From positions 17,608,001 through 17,672,000 of the forward strand of contig NC_059440.1 of the NCBI RefSeq assembly GCF_021028975.2: DNA of 64,000 nucleotides, read 5' to 3'. Below are positions 31,115 through 43,110 of the stretch, in pieces. The stretch comes from Sphaerodactylus townsendi. Taxonomy: Eukaryota. Positions within the stretch are counted from its first letter, which is position 1. Each line of letters opens with the position of its first letter. Position numbers and translations under genes: made by a program. The notes under the pieces were generated by a model. The model saw only the letters and a list, made by a program, of their open reading frames with translations. It was not told the origin of the DNA and did not search any database.

Positions 31115-34100
31115 AAAAAAAAAAAAAATATAGGGACTGTGAGAGTCCCTTGAGGAGGTGGACTGGTCAAAATATTCAAGGCTGGTTGATCACAGATCTC
31201 CCAACCCCGATCTCCCAACATTAGCCTGGTGTTTTGTTTCACAATGCTGTACCTTCCCATTTCCATTCCAAAGGCAATTCAACACAGCATATCAAAGTCA
31301 ACAACAGTAAAATAAACAAAAAACAAATAAAAAAGAAAAAAACAGCAACACAGAGCCCGTTTCAGCCTAAAAGTTTCCTGTAAGAAGAGCAGTTTTGTAC
31401 CTACGTTGTGTCAGTTTCAGATTTGTGCTTCATCTCCATAATTTCAACCATGTAGAGATCTATTGGCTCGCCTGGTTTTCGGATTGCCAGAACAGAATCC
31501 ACTACAGCCTGTTTGGAGGGGGCGGGGGGGATAATTGTATTAAAAACATAACCCTTGACCATCCTTCCCCTCCTCATTTAACCATAAAAGCTGCACACAA
31601 CTGCTTAGAAAGAAGAAAAGATGAAGCCACCGGAACACTTACCTCTGTTAAGATATCTGCAAGTTCAGCGTGCACCTTCGTGCGAAGAGAGGTTCTGGCA
31701 ACATCGATCAGCGTTTCTCTATCCATTTCTTTTGTGACTTTGACTTGCTCCAGGACCTGAAGAGCTTTCTCCTTTGCAGCATCAAATCCTTCTGTAACTA
31801 TTCGAGGGTGCAAACCCTGACACAAGAACAAAGAGAAAAGTGGATGGTCCCTCTTCATTGTTAGTGCTGCATTACTTGGCAAAAAGGGGGGAAATGCTTT
31901 AATATATTGACTCTCTGGATACGACTATTGCTTTGGGTACAAAGATTGCCACGAGTCAACGCAAGCTGTACTGTCCTTTTGAATACGTAGGAAAGAGGTT
32001 CCTTCTTACGTAGAGGGTAAAGTACACATTACTCTAGCACAGAGTTATACCAAAAGAGCTATGTAGCCCACTTGGGTGTTCGCTGTGCCTGTGTCACGAA
32101 GCAGCACAAGAGCTGAACAAATGAAAGCTCAATGACAAGAGCAGAACTGGTCCTTGTTGAAATATAAACTCTGGTTTATAGAGTAACATCAGACTAGAGT
32201 AACATCAAGAATAATTTTGCATGTTTTATCATTGTTGAATATTATGTTGAACATTAACCATTCGCTAAACTGTTGCAAGCCGCTCCAATTCCTGCGACCC
32301 AAGAGAGGGGCGGGGTATAAGTCAAAAATAAAGAAAAGAGGCATTCACACGACAGACCTCATCTAAATTATTGCAATTTCAAGCTTCGCTTCCAATGGTA
32401 ACAAAATAAACACAATACAGCCAGATTCCCAAAGGTTCACTTATTGTTTTCTAAACAGAGAAACCACACAGATATACCTCTGAAATGTAGAGGTCGGCCT
32501 GCTTGAGCAGCTCCCCGATGATGAGGACGTTGGAAGTGGTGCCGTCTCCGGTGATGTCATCCTGTGCTGTTGCTACTTTGGCTATCAAGGAGGCTGTTGG
32601 ATGCTGGATTTGCTGAGGAACACAAGAAGAAGTGAGCGACGGCAGCACTATCCAGTTCTCGTTACTGTGACAGCCTGGGATTGATGTGCTTCACAGTAAA
32701 CCTTGCCATACTTGGCCAATCCATAGGCCTCCCTCCAGCCACCATTGAAACTTAACCAATGAAAAGTCAGGAACGGCCTCTTCAAGATGAACTGCAAAAA
32801 TCCTGAGATGTTTGGGCTACCTACATCTAAATTCTCATTTCTCAAACTGTATTACAGGTTTAACCCCATAAAGGAAAAAATTATCTACACTTCTTTCTCT
32901 CTCTTGTGCCATCAGTCACAGGTTACTTATGGCAACTCAGTAGGGTTTCCAAGGCTAGAGTCGTGCAGGGGTGGCTTGCCACTACCTGCCTCTGCATCAC
33001 AACTGTGGTATTGCTTGGAGGTCTCCCATTCAAATACTTGCCAGGATCAAGGCTGAGAGAGTGCAATTGGCTCAAGGTCACCCAGTAAGTTTCCATGGTA
33101 GAGGGAGGATCCAAAGCTAGGTTTCCCAGATCCTAGTCCCAACACCTTAACCACTACACCACGCTGGCTTTCATGCCTTGTCACAGACTTCGATAAAACA
33201 TCCAAGTTGCCTTATAGGTCATAACAGAAACAGAAATAAATCAAGTGTGGTTTCTGTTTACTAAAAGTAAAGACAATCAAGTTGAAGTATCTGTAAGTTA
33301 GACTTAGATGGTCTGAAAAATATTCTGTTGTCTTCAAAGCAACAACTCTCAGAAAGAGAATGTGATGTTTCTGGATTACACTGTGTTTAAGATTTTGGTA
33401 CACTATTTCTCCATCCTTTTTTTTCCCACTCTGCCTTTTCAGCAAGGAATTCAGGGTCCATACATGGTTCTCACCCTTATCCTAACAACTCTGTGAGGTA
33501 GTGCAGGCTAAGGTAAGGGCAACTGGCTGAAGATCACATCGTGAGCTGTATAGCAGAGAGGAAATCTGAACTCAGAGCTTCCCATAATCCAGCGCCCTGA
33601 CAGGCAGAACACCCTGCTTCTCCATCTGAAGAAAGGACTCACCATCTCATGAAGCAGTACATTGCCATCTTTGGTAAGCTTAATATCTCCAGCACCAGAC
33701 ACAAGCCTACAGGATAAAAAGAAAAGAACCATTAACTTCTAGTCTCCTTTTGTAGGTTCTGGTTATTAGAGAATTAAGCTGATACTTTTCTCAGATCATT
33801 CTCCTGCATTTTAAGCCCTAACAGATCTTAATAACAGTTCAACTGTGCGTAGAATAGTAGAGCTGGAAAAGACCATAAAAGCCATTAAATCCAGTCCCCT
33901 GCCATGCAGGAGTACACAATCAAAGCACTCCTGACAGACGGCCATCCAACCTCTGTTTAAAAAACATCCAAATGAGACTCCGAGGCAAAGTATTTCATTG
34001 TCAAACAGCCCTTACTGTCAGGAAGTTCTTACTAATATTTAGGCGGAATCTCTGTTCTCGTACTTTGAATCCATTACTTCTTGTCCTAATCTCTGCGGCA

Positions 34101-35803
34101 GCAGAAAACAAGTTCGCTCCATCTTCAACATGGCATCCCTTCAAATAATTATGGCTATCATGTCCCCCCTTTACTTCTCCAGACAAAACATTGTGCTGTA
34201 CAACTGACAAAGCTGCAAACAACTACTGAGTTTTTGTGAAACAGGCTATAGAGCAGTGATGGCGAACCTATGGCACGGGTGCCAGAGGTGGCACTCAGAG
34301 TCCTCTCTGTGGGCACGTGCTCACAGAGTTCGTCATGTGGGAGGCGGAAAATCACACACACCCCCCACACACATCTAGGCTGGCTTAGGCCACTGAGAAT
34401 GACGTGCGCGCACCGCGGTGAGCAGGGAGGACTTGCCTGGCAGGCCTGTGCTCCTGGTGGCTGCTGCCCGAGGGGGAGGGGGGGCAGAGGAGGCAGAGAT
34501 GCTAGAGAGGCACAGAGCGGTGCGCGCGGGACTTACTGGAGGCTACAGCAGGCTGGCCCCTGCTCGAGCGGGTGGAGCGGAGGAAGAGGGAGCCAACCAG
34601 TTTTTTTCTAAACTAAAACCTCAGCATTCAGGTTAAATTGCCGGGTTGGCACTTTGCGATAAATAAGTGGGGTTTGGATTGCAATTTGGGCACTCGGACT
34701 CAAAACGGTTCGCCATCCCTGCTATAGACCACAGGAGTAACATCCAATCCATTATTTGGAAACTAAGGAAAGGGGGCAGGAACCAGAACATAAATATACA
34801 AGATGCAAAAGACAAGATCTAGGAGGAGGGAAAGGTAAGATATGTATCCTGAATTAAAAATACATCCTAGGTTGAAAGTTGGGTTCATGTCTGGAGTGAT
34901 CACAAGGTGATCAGATGGAGAAAGCAGCATGGCTCCTCCATCCAGTAGAAGCCGGGCCAAGGTAAGCCAGCTGCAGATCATAGACACTGTCTTATTATGC
35001 TGTAAACAGGGTATAAATCAAATTATATTAATACATAAAAACTTGAAACTATTTAACCATTGGGCTACAATGAACAACGTCCAATGACCAGCCCAGTTGT
35101 TGGTTGAGGTCACCGGTTGTCTCTATTCCATCTTGCTGGCGTCCCAATCATCATCATCTGTTGACACCAACCCCCCTGTTTCTTGTCCTTCCGGTCTCAG
35201 ATTAGGTGGATGAATAATCAGAGAGAACGGTAATTTTACTGAAACTGACACTGCTATTTTAACACCATCAAGGGCTTCATAAGCTTTAGCTGAAATTATG
35301 TACTGTATTTTTGCATTACCATATTATAACTGCTCTAAATCCAGCCTTGGTCGGGACAGGGTGGGATAGAAATCCAAGGGTCTGCCTAACCCCTCTCACC
35401 CTTAAAAGAAAGCCATCTAGGTTAGAGCTCGGCACTACATCTATAGTGGCAGTGAGTTCCGTAAGACAACCCCACCACCTAGACAAATAACATTCTGCTT
35501 ACTGGTCGGGGAAAGGATAGCTTGCAACACAAACTAGACCAGATCCCCTCCCCTTTCAACAAGGGCTCCTCGTGCAGCTATTTAAGTTTGAGCGGGTCCC
35601 CCCCCCACTTCCGCCCAGGATGGCCACGCGGGCTAGCCCCGCCCCTCGGATTTCTCTCGCCCTTACATCTTCATTGTGCCTTTGGGGCCCAGGTTGGTCC
35701 TCAGGACGTCCTGCAGGCCCCGCGCGGCGCTGATGTTGACGGCCAAAGCGGCCTGAGCCCTCGCCACCTCGGCCTTAGGGTTGAGCGCCTTCACCGCCGC
35801 CAT
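26839..35803 (-). CDS. CCT6A: T-complex protein 1 subunit zeta (TRiC/CCT chaperonin); complement join(35803..35667,33706..33643,32612..32478,31816..31643,31508..31405,30541..30431,30207..30048,29901..29819,29546..29450,29098..28951,28135..28002,27743..27641,27260..27188,26911..26839), 531 aa
   Basis: [23 protein letters not shown]...LGPKG...TKDG...GDGTTS...VPGAGA...[13 protein letters not shown]. All 13 introns GT-AG; exon sum 1596 nt. Confidence 0.98.
27188..27260 (-). CDS. CCT6A: CCT6A exon 13
   Basis: [23 protein letters not shown]. Confidence 0.95.
27641..27743 (-). CDS. CCT6A: CCT6A exon 12
   Basis: [34 protein letters not shown]. Confidence 0.95.
28002..28135 (-). CDS. CCT6A: CCT6A exon 11
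   Basis: [44 protein letters not shown]. Confidence 0.95.
28633..28886 (-). mobile_element. Squam3-like SINE in CCT6A intron 10
   Basis: Reverse complement of SINE head and body. Confidence 0.7.
28951..29098 (-). CDS. CCT6A: CCT6A exon 10
   Basis: [49 protein letters not shown]. Confidence 0.96.
29450..29546 (-). CDS. CCT6A: CCT6A exon 9
   Basis: [32 protein letters not shown]. Confidence 0.95.
29819..29901 (-). CDS. CCT6A: CCT6A exon 8
   Basis: [27 protein letters not shown]. Confidence 0.95.
30048..30207 (-). CDS. CCT6A: CCT6A exon 7
   Basis: [26 protein letters not shown]...FVVINQK. Confidence 0.96.
30431..30541 (-). CDS. CCT6A: CCT6A exon 6
   Basis: [36 protein letters not shown]. 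Confidence 0.95.
30642..30781 (-). ncRNA. SNORA15: Box H/ACA snoRNA, SNORA15 (ACA15) family, in CCT6A intron 5
   Basis: Minus strand reads GCATGGACGAATTCTG...CAGACACCATGCA-AGAGCA (H box), second hairpin with GCATGCTG/CGGCATGC stem, then ACA-ACT. 5' hairpin matches recalled human SNORA15. Confidence 0.85.
31049..31128 (+). repeat. (TAAA)n plus poly(A) tail of a short L2-type 3' end
   Basis: Preceded by tgtacaccgcccggagccctcggggatagggcggtata. Confidence 0.85.
31405..31508 (-). CDS. CCT6A: CCT6A exon 5
   Basis: [34 protein letters not shown]. Confidence 0.95.
31643..31816 (-). CDS. CCT6A: CCT6A exon 4
   Basis: [19 protein letters not shown]...[13 protein letters not shown]. Confidence 0.96.
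31964..32090 (-). ncRNA. SNORA22: Box H/ACA snoRNA, SNORA22 (ACA22) family, in CCT6A intron 3
   Basis: Minus strand reads GGCACAGCGAACACCCAAGTG...CTGTGCT-AGAGTA (H box, 32030-32035)...GTATTCAAAAGGACAGT-ACA-GCT. Two hairpins; matches my recollection of human SNORA22, which is hosted by CCT6A. Confidence 0.9.
32478..32612 (-). CDS. CCT6A: CCT6A exon 3
   Basis: [45 protein letters not shown]. Confidence 0.96.
33643..33706 (-). CDS. CCT6A: CCT6A exon 2
   Basis: [21 protein letters not shown]. Confidence 0.96.
33851..34180 (-). mobile_element. CR1 LINE 3' fragment
   Basis: [15 protein letters not shown]...KNFLTVRAV. Confidence 0.8.
34254..34721 (+). mobile_element. hAT-Charlie non-autonomous element (CAGTGATGGCGAACC termini)
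   Basis: TIRs; TSD CTATAGAG / CTATAGAC. Confidence 0.88.
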
Positions 35804-36110
35804 CTCGCCTCAGCCGCCGCCAGAGAGAGAGGGAGAGGCGAACAAGCGTCTGCGCGCGCAACCAGCGGCCGACCGACTGAAGGAACAGTCGGAGGCGGGT
35901 CCTTACGTCATTTCCTCGTCCCTTTCTGGAAGGCTCCACAGCCGTTCGGGACCGCTCATTGGCTCGGGCGCAATCCGAACCTGTTTGCGATTGGCCGGCG
36001 GCGCATCAGTCAAGCCTTGCAGAGTGGAATGGGAGGCGGTTGCTTATAGTCGTTGGAGACCGTTACTAGGCAAAATGGCGGGGCTGGGCGTGGAAAGCAC
36101 GTTATGAATA
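35560..36110. promoter_or_regulatory. CpG-island promoter of CCT6A, probably bidirectional with PSPH
   Basis: CpG-dense; CRE-like TTACGTCA 35903-35910; imperfect HSE TTCtgGAAggCTC 35924-35936; two inverted CCAAT boxes (35958, 35990); YY1-like CAAAATGGCG 36071-36080. Confidence 0.8.
35667..35803 (-). CDS. CCT6A: CCT6A exon 1
   Basis: [45 protein letters not shown]. Confidence 0.96.
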
Positions 36111-36169
36111 TTAAGTAGTGGCTTCTTGAAAGCTGTGTCACGTTGTATGCAGTTTCATCATGTGTCTGT

Positions 36170-36435
36170 ATATAAGTTGCATAGTAGCTGTGTGTATGCA
36201 CATACATATATAAATTCACATGCAAAGCGTGTATATGAATATATATGAAATATTTAAAAGTATACCTACCAAGATATATATAAAAGTATACTTACCAAGA
36301 TAAAAGTATACTTACCAAGACATATACACACACGTGTCATATATACACACACACGTACACACACTCCCTTTTCTAAAATTCCTAATGCAGTGGATTATGT
36401 ATATAAACACATGATGTGTATGTATATGTGTGTAA
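36170..36435. repeat. Low-complexity (TA)/(CA) region with short tandem aaagtatacytaccaaga
   Basis: Direct reading. Confidence 0.7.
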
Positions 36436-36469
36436 GCACGCAAGCTCCATTGGCCCATTGCGCTCTCCC

Positions 36470-37068
36470 CATAGGATTGGGGTGTCAGCCTTCCATTCTT
36501 CCAAGGTCAGTACAATGAGTACCCAGCTTGCTAGGGGTAAAGTGTAGATGGCTGGGGAAGGCATTGACAAACTAGCCCATAAACCTAGTCTGGCTATACA
36601 CTTTTCAGGATAAAGATGACACGGGAGTTGTGAATTCATCCGTCACTTCTTGGACCATCTTTGTTCTCGAATGCTTCGCTTGTGTCCTGGTGCTTTTGGG
36701 GCAGTGGTGGGATCCAAAAATTTTAATAACAGGTTCCGATGGTGGTGGGATTCAAACAGTGGCGCCACCGCACACACGCACCTCCAGTCCCTATTGGGCA
36801 GGGAGGTTGCTTTAGTAACCCCTTCTCGGCACTCAGAAAAAATTATTAACTACTCCTAGAGAAGTGGTGAGAACTGGTTGGATCCCACCTCTGCTTTGGG
36901 GGCAAAACTAGGTAGGCATTCTAGAACAAAGACAGTCCCGGAAATGGTGGATGAACTCACAAATCTCCTGTCATCTTTATCCTGAAAAGGATATAGTAAA
37001 CATCATGAGACATCACCCCATAGTCGGTAATGACCAGGTGTTTGCACAGGGAACTACTTTTACCTTTA
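36470..37068 (+). mobile_element. Sauria-type SINE interrupted by a foldback DNA element (36594-36996) and a hAT MITE (36702-36893)
   Basis: cagccttccattcttccaaggtcagta motif and ACCTTT tail; nested inverted repeats; TSD YTTTGGGG. Confidence 0.7.
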
Positions 37069-40000
37069 TATATTTATGCTAATTGTGTTTTGTATGTAAT
37101 AGTTCACTATATCAAAGTATTTTATATTCTTTTCAGCTTACATCTTTTGGGCATTTGTGTTGTCTTTTAAATTTTGGGTTTGATTATTTTTATTATAATT
37201 ATTCACAAGGATACAGTGACTTGTTAAATGTTCAGCTTTTTTCATAAGATGTCAAGGTATAACATTCTTTGCCATTCCAGTGTTACAGCATAGTAACGGG
37301 TTCAAAATATTTAAGCCAAAAAGCTTAAGCCGACAAAGGAATAAAAATCAGATAAATATTTCATTCACGCCAACAGACGGGCAAACAGCATCAGGGGAAC
37401 CACGTTGAAATGGCTGCTGTCTCTTACTTTTATAGATTACATCAGAATAGCAGTAAAAAGAATACACCCTAAAGTTCATCATCATCAATTAATCATAAAG
37501 AAAGGTGGAGATTTTCCCTTTCCCAAAAACATTTGGAGTTGTCCAAGACTCTTATTGGAAGATGTCAGCACCTGGTTCTTTGACGCGAGATGAACTAGAG
37601 CCCTGTTTCTTTTTAATCTATATTGTCTTTTGTTGCCCTTCTCCTTAGGATACAATAAAGAGCCTAAACATTTTCATGTTTCTCTCTCTTTCTGTCAGCT
37701 AGAAGAATGGGGCAAAATCCAAGGTATCTGTCTGGGAGCAGTAAGACCTTAAAAACAGTTGAATTTGCACATTCTGTATAACTCTGGGCATTCTGCTGGG
37801 CTATCAAGCTTGCCTAGTAACAGAAAAAGGATAGATTTTCAAGCTTGCATTTTTCTTTGTTCAGCTGCATCATGGTTGCCAACTACCCATTACAGAAAGA
37901 AAGTAATGGGGGGCAAAAAGAAAACCTTTGCTTTTTCAGAGTATATTCCTCTTATGCCTTCTGCGCCTACACCAGTGTTTCCCTGCGTAAATGTTAACTC
38001 GCATACAAATTTCATTTTCCATACTGCACTTCCAACTCTTCATGGTGATCTGTACATCAGGAAAAGGGGAAGGGAAGTTACCTGAACTCTTTGCTCTGTT
38101 CGCATTTATTTGATATATTTATTTTTTCTAAACATTTAAGTACTCTATTTCATCTTGGCTACCTGCATTTACATTGAGTTTCCATATATCATTGTTAGTA
38201 ACCATACTACAATGGCCCTGTAAGATAGGCTGCTGTCATCATACCTGTATGAAATACAGGTGTACACACAGAATCTTTTGCTATTTTTGAGGACTGTCAA
38301 ATAAATTCTGCAACAGGTATGTGAAGAGTCAGTGTGATGCAGTGGTTAGAGTGTTTGACTAAGATCTGGAAGACCCAAGTTTGAATCCCCACCCTGCCAT
38401 CTCAAGAACTCCTTGAAGACCCACCCAATTCAGATGGATGGAGTGTGTGAGTTGCACAGAAAGAAGAATTTTGTCAATAATCAGCTTCTCCCTGCTGGGC
38501 GACACCCTGAAGCAGCATCTGCTGAGATTTATTTCTCACTAGCAGAGGAGTTCACAGAGAGAAGATGCCCAGAACAGTTTCTGTTTGTGTTAATCCTTGA
38601 ACAACTCTTGTGAATAAACGGGTGCATTTTCCTTCCCATCTGTAGATGGTCCCACATCTGGTTTCCAGATTCTCCTGTTAAGGGATCTCAGGATAGAAGT
38701 TGCTGCAAGAGATTTTTTAATATATAAATCTGACCAGTGCAGGGTGAGTGTAGAGTGCTCATCCAGATTGTGCAGGGCCTGAGTATGCATGAGGCTGTTA
38801 CTGGTATTCGTACAGGGGTTCACTTATGAGCATATGTGCTGCTCTGTTTTGATTGGAATTTTTACGATTGTTTGACGTTTTAGCCAGTAGAGGGCAATGG
38901 AGCCATTCCTAACTGGGAAGCTTATGTAACCTGCCCTTAGTTAGAAATCAAAGTTTCTCAAACTAAACAAACCTCTCTAAATTAAGTAAACACTTCTGAA
39001 ACCTGGCACTTTATTGTAGTTACAAAGGTATCCTGGAAGTTTGTTTGTCTGTCTGCAGGATTTATTTCCTGTTAAAACAAATGGGAGCATTGCAATCCCT
39101 TAAAGACGAACACATTTTTTTCGCTAGCTTTTACATTGTGCCACAGTAGTCATGTTTTTATTATTATTTAATTTTGTTTGATATCACAGCTGCCGGTTCT
39201 TTAGCTGGTTGTTGGCCTTTCATTTCATTTCGAGCCTCACCTAGAGGCATAGGACACTGTTATGTATCAGCAGAGTATTCACGCGGATCCCAGCAGAGCT
39301 GCCTTCTGAATCTGACAGATGTTGATTTTGTCAATTTGAAGACATTTCAAATGCGGCCCAAGTGTTTTTGGAATGGCACCCAGGGTGCTGATTACCACTG
39401 AAATGACCTCAGCTGGTTTGTGCCATAGTTGCTGAATCTAATCTTCAAATCATGGTACTTAGTGACCTTATCATGTTCTTTTTCATCTACCCAGCTATCA
39501 CCAGGTATTGCTATGTCGATGATGGCTAGCTTTCTCGTCTTCGACCACTGTGATGTTCGGTATATTATATGCCAACACTTTGGCCATTTGAATTCAAATT
39601 CATCCTCCTCCTCCTAACACATCTACCCCTTTGGAATTTCATTTGATGTTGAATTATTTAAAAACACTATCAGTGTCTTTGTTACTTTTCAAAGGTTCCT
39701 GCCTCAAGTAACTTAAAGGTAAGGGAAAAGTTAGTTCCCTGTTCAAGCGCTGGGTCATTACTGACCCATGGGATGTCACCACATCATGTCATTTACTAAG
39801 CAGACTTTGTATATGGGATGGTTTGCAATCTTACAAACCAACACTTAACATAAAGGAGCAAGAAAAGGATGGAAAGAGGGAACATCTGCATTCAGTCCGG
39901 AGGCTTCAGCGTAACACTTAAATCCCCTGACTGAATCGGAGCCCAAGCACCGTAACTGGAACAGATAGAAGAGTTCACAGAAAAGAGAAGTTTTGAGGAA

Positions 40001-42725
40001 AGAGTTTATGTGAGAGGGGCGCTTTAAGAGGTGGTTCCAGCCATGAGTGGCAGTAGAGAAGGAAGGGCAGATTCATCTGAGAGAGCAGGTGATGGGAGGT
40101 CAATGGAGCTGAATAGGATGATAGAGGAATGGAGAGATTATTTATTTATTTTATTTATATCCCGCCCTATCGCTGCAGGAAAAGGAGAACACAGAGCCCC
40201 GCAGGATTTTGAAAATAATGACAAGGAATTTACGGTGAGACACGCAAGGAGACAGCTGGAGAATTTTATTTTGTTAAATGGAGATGTGAATAAGGAACAA
40301 TAATTGGGAAAGGCTAGACTGTCCTTCAGAAGCAAACCCAATTCTTCTTTTAAAAAACCCACCAGACCTGTTGTTTATGGGAAAACCCCAGTGTATCTTG
40401 GAAACACACAAGGGTCTCCTCCACAAGAAGATTTCTAACAGCAGCCCAGCAGCCCTGAAGGAAAGCTTTCCTGCCGTGGCCTGCATTCCCCTTTGTACTG
40501 GAATGTCATGGCTTTCCAGATGTGCGCTCCATTCAGTGAGCCACAATACTGGCCAGTGAGGTCTATGCAGTGGCTTCGTGGCAGGCCGAATGGTGTGGTG
40601 GGAACACATACAGAAAGTGTGCAAATGGCAAAGCCAGGGGCCTGCAGCATGCTCCCTGGTCACTTCAGTCCTTCTGGCCAGTCCTGAGGCATTCCTACCG
40701 TTCCTTCGCTGCATAGAACCACATCCCATCTGAAACCCTGGCACTGCTCAGCAGTACCCTGTGCCTTCATCTCCACAGTCAGCTGCCTGCACTTGGCCGG
40801 CTGCCTCCTCTCACTTCATCCCAACCTTGAACCAACCCCAGGGTGATAAGGAGGCCTTCATCGAAGGGCTCCTGGAAACTTTGCAAGTTCAAGGTGACTG
40901 ATGAAACCCCGAGCCTGTCTGCCACCTCCTTCCACACAGCTTGCAATCTGCCGGCTCCTGCCTAGCCAATCAGGGAGCAAGCAGGGCTGGGTTTGAGGGG
41001 CTCCTCCCCTGCAAAGGGCAACATTACACCTCTTTGTAAACAGCCACTTTCAAGTTGGCAAGGATATATTTTTTTTTAAAAAAGGATTGTCTGAGCTTAC
41101 TCAGCAGAATACGCAGCAGCTGTTGAGGAAATGTGGCTGCTGTCCAGGTCATTTGATGCCCGGGCATCGCTGTGACTGGAGATCTTAGCTGATCCTTTGC
41201 CGTGCTGCTCAGCCAGTAGGTGTCCATCGGCAAGAGCGAAAATTGCAACAGGAACCACAGTGCTGTAAGTGCCCAGGAGCTTGGGTTCGGGGATCGAGGC
41301 TGGTTTCCTTTCTGTCCAGTCCTGTGACACTCTTTCCCTCTCTGTGCGGCTCCAACTTTGCTTGTTCGAACTGACAGCTAGCACTGGTAGTTTTCCTCCG
41401 AACCCCTCTGCTGGTGGCTATTTTTTTTGCACTAGCAATGGAAAGGTACAGGGCCTGTTTTGTAACTGCAGGATGAATGAATGATGCAATTCTACTCAGG
41501 GGCAGCATCATCATCTTAAGGGGGGAGCAGAAATTTGCTGAGTCTATGGATTGGATGTGGCCTTCTAGTCCCTTTCCCCCCTGTTAGTGTATTTTTGAAA
41601 GTATAGATCGGGGGAGCTTCACAATCCAAACCATAAACACAGACACAAAATGACAAATAAAGTTAAACAAACAGTTGTTACCTGCTGAGTTTAGGAAGTT
41701 TCCTGCTGTCTCTGCTTTGTTTTTGGAGGATGTAATACTATTTTATGCATTATATTTTACCCTGTGTCATGTCTAACGTGTTGTGCCAGTCAGATTTCTA
41801 CAGTCCGAATCCTAGCATGAAATGTCTCCTCGTACTGACTGTATCAACTTGATTTGCTTCGAGTATCAGCAAGAAAAGCAAATTATAAATATGCACATGT
41901 AAATGTCACAACCAATTCATAGCAGCCCCAGCAAGAGGCTTTCAAAGCAAGTGAGAAGCAGATGTGGTTTGCCACTGCCTTCCTCTGCAGAGTCTTCCTT
42001 GGTGGTCTCCCATTCAAGTACCAAGACGATAAATGTAGAAAATAAATTGTTAAGAACGTACGAAAACACATTCCTGGATCAGACTGAAATTCCATCTCGT
42101 TCAGCACTCTGTTTCCGACAGTGGCCAGACATCTGCATCTAGAAAGCAATACCTATCCCTAGCTGTACAACTCTAACAGCTGGTGGATAACTCGTGAATA
42201 AGAAAGTTCCATCAAACCACCATGATAGCCAATGGTGCATGAGAGTTTTGGACTAAGACCCAGAATACCTAGGTTCAAATCCTTGCTTTGCCTTGACTCT
42301 CAGTGGGTGACCCTGGCCAGTCACTCTCCCTCCCAGCCTAACCTACTTTACAGGTAGCATAAAATGAACAATATGTATTCCTGAGCCCCTCGGGATAAAC
42401 ATGTGGTTCGCAGATGATGCAAGGAATAGCTAGATTGGAATAGATTATGGCTAGGAACTGTAAATAGACTTACTTTTCCTCTGTGAATCCTTTTTTAAAG
42501 CCATTGAAATCACCACTACATCTTATGGGGTCGATATGTTGAGGATGGGTCATGTGCAGAAATACTTCCATTTTGTCTGTCTTAGTGAATGACAGCATAG
42601 AGTTTTACGACGTTTGGAAACTTATGTCTGCTTTTATTAACCAAAACAATGCATCAAAAACAGCTCTAATAACCCCCTCCCCCAATTATGCTCCAATAAA
42701 GATGTATGTAAATGTGATTAATTTG

Positions 42726-43110
42726 AGAGCCAGGTGGTGGTTAAGAGTGGTGGACTCTAATATGGAGAAATGGGTTTGATTCCCCATGAGTGGGCAAATC
42801 TAATATGTTGAACTGGGTTTGTTTCTGCACTCCTTCACATGAGCAGCAGACTCTAATCTGGTGAACCAGATTTGTTTCCCACACCTCCACACAAGGGTCA
42901 GACTCTAATCTGGTGCACTGGGTTTGCTTCCCACACCTCCACCTGAAACCTGCTGGATGACCTTGGGCTAGTCACAATTCTCTCAAATCTCTCTCAGCCC
43001 CACCTACCTCATAAGATGCCTGTTGTGGGGAGGGAAAAGGAAGGTGTCTGTAAGATGCTTTGAGACTCCTTTTGAGAAAAGCTGGGTATAAAACCAACTT
43101 TTCTTCTTCT
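42726..43110 (+). mobile_element. Squam3-like SINE with four B-box modules
   Basis: Four copies of the tctaatctgg...ggtttg.ttcc module. Confidence 0.8.
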
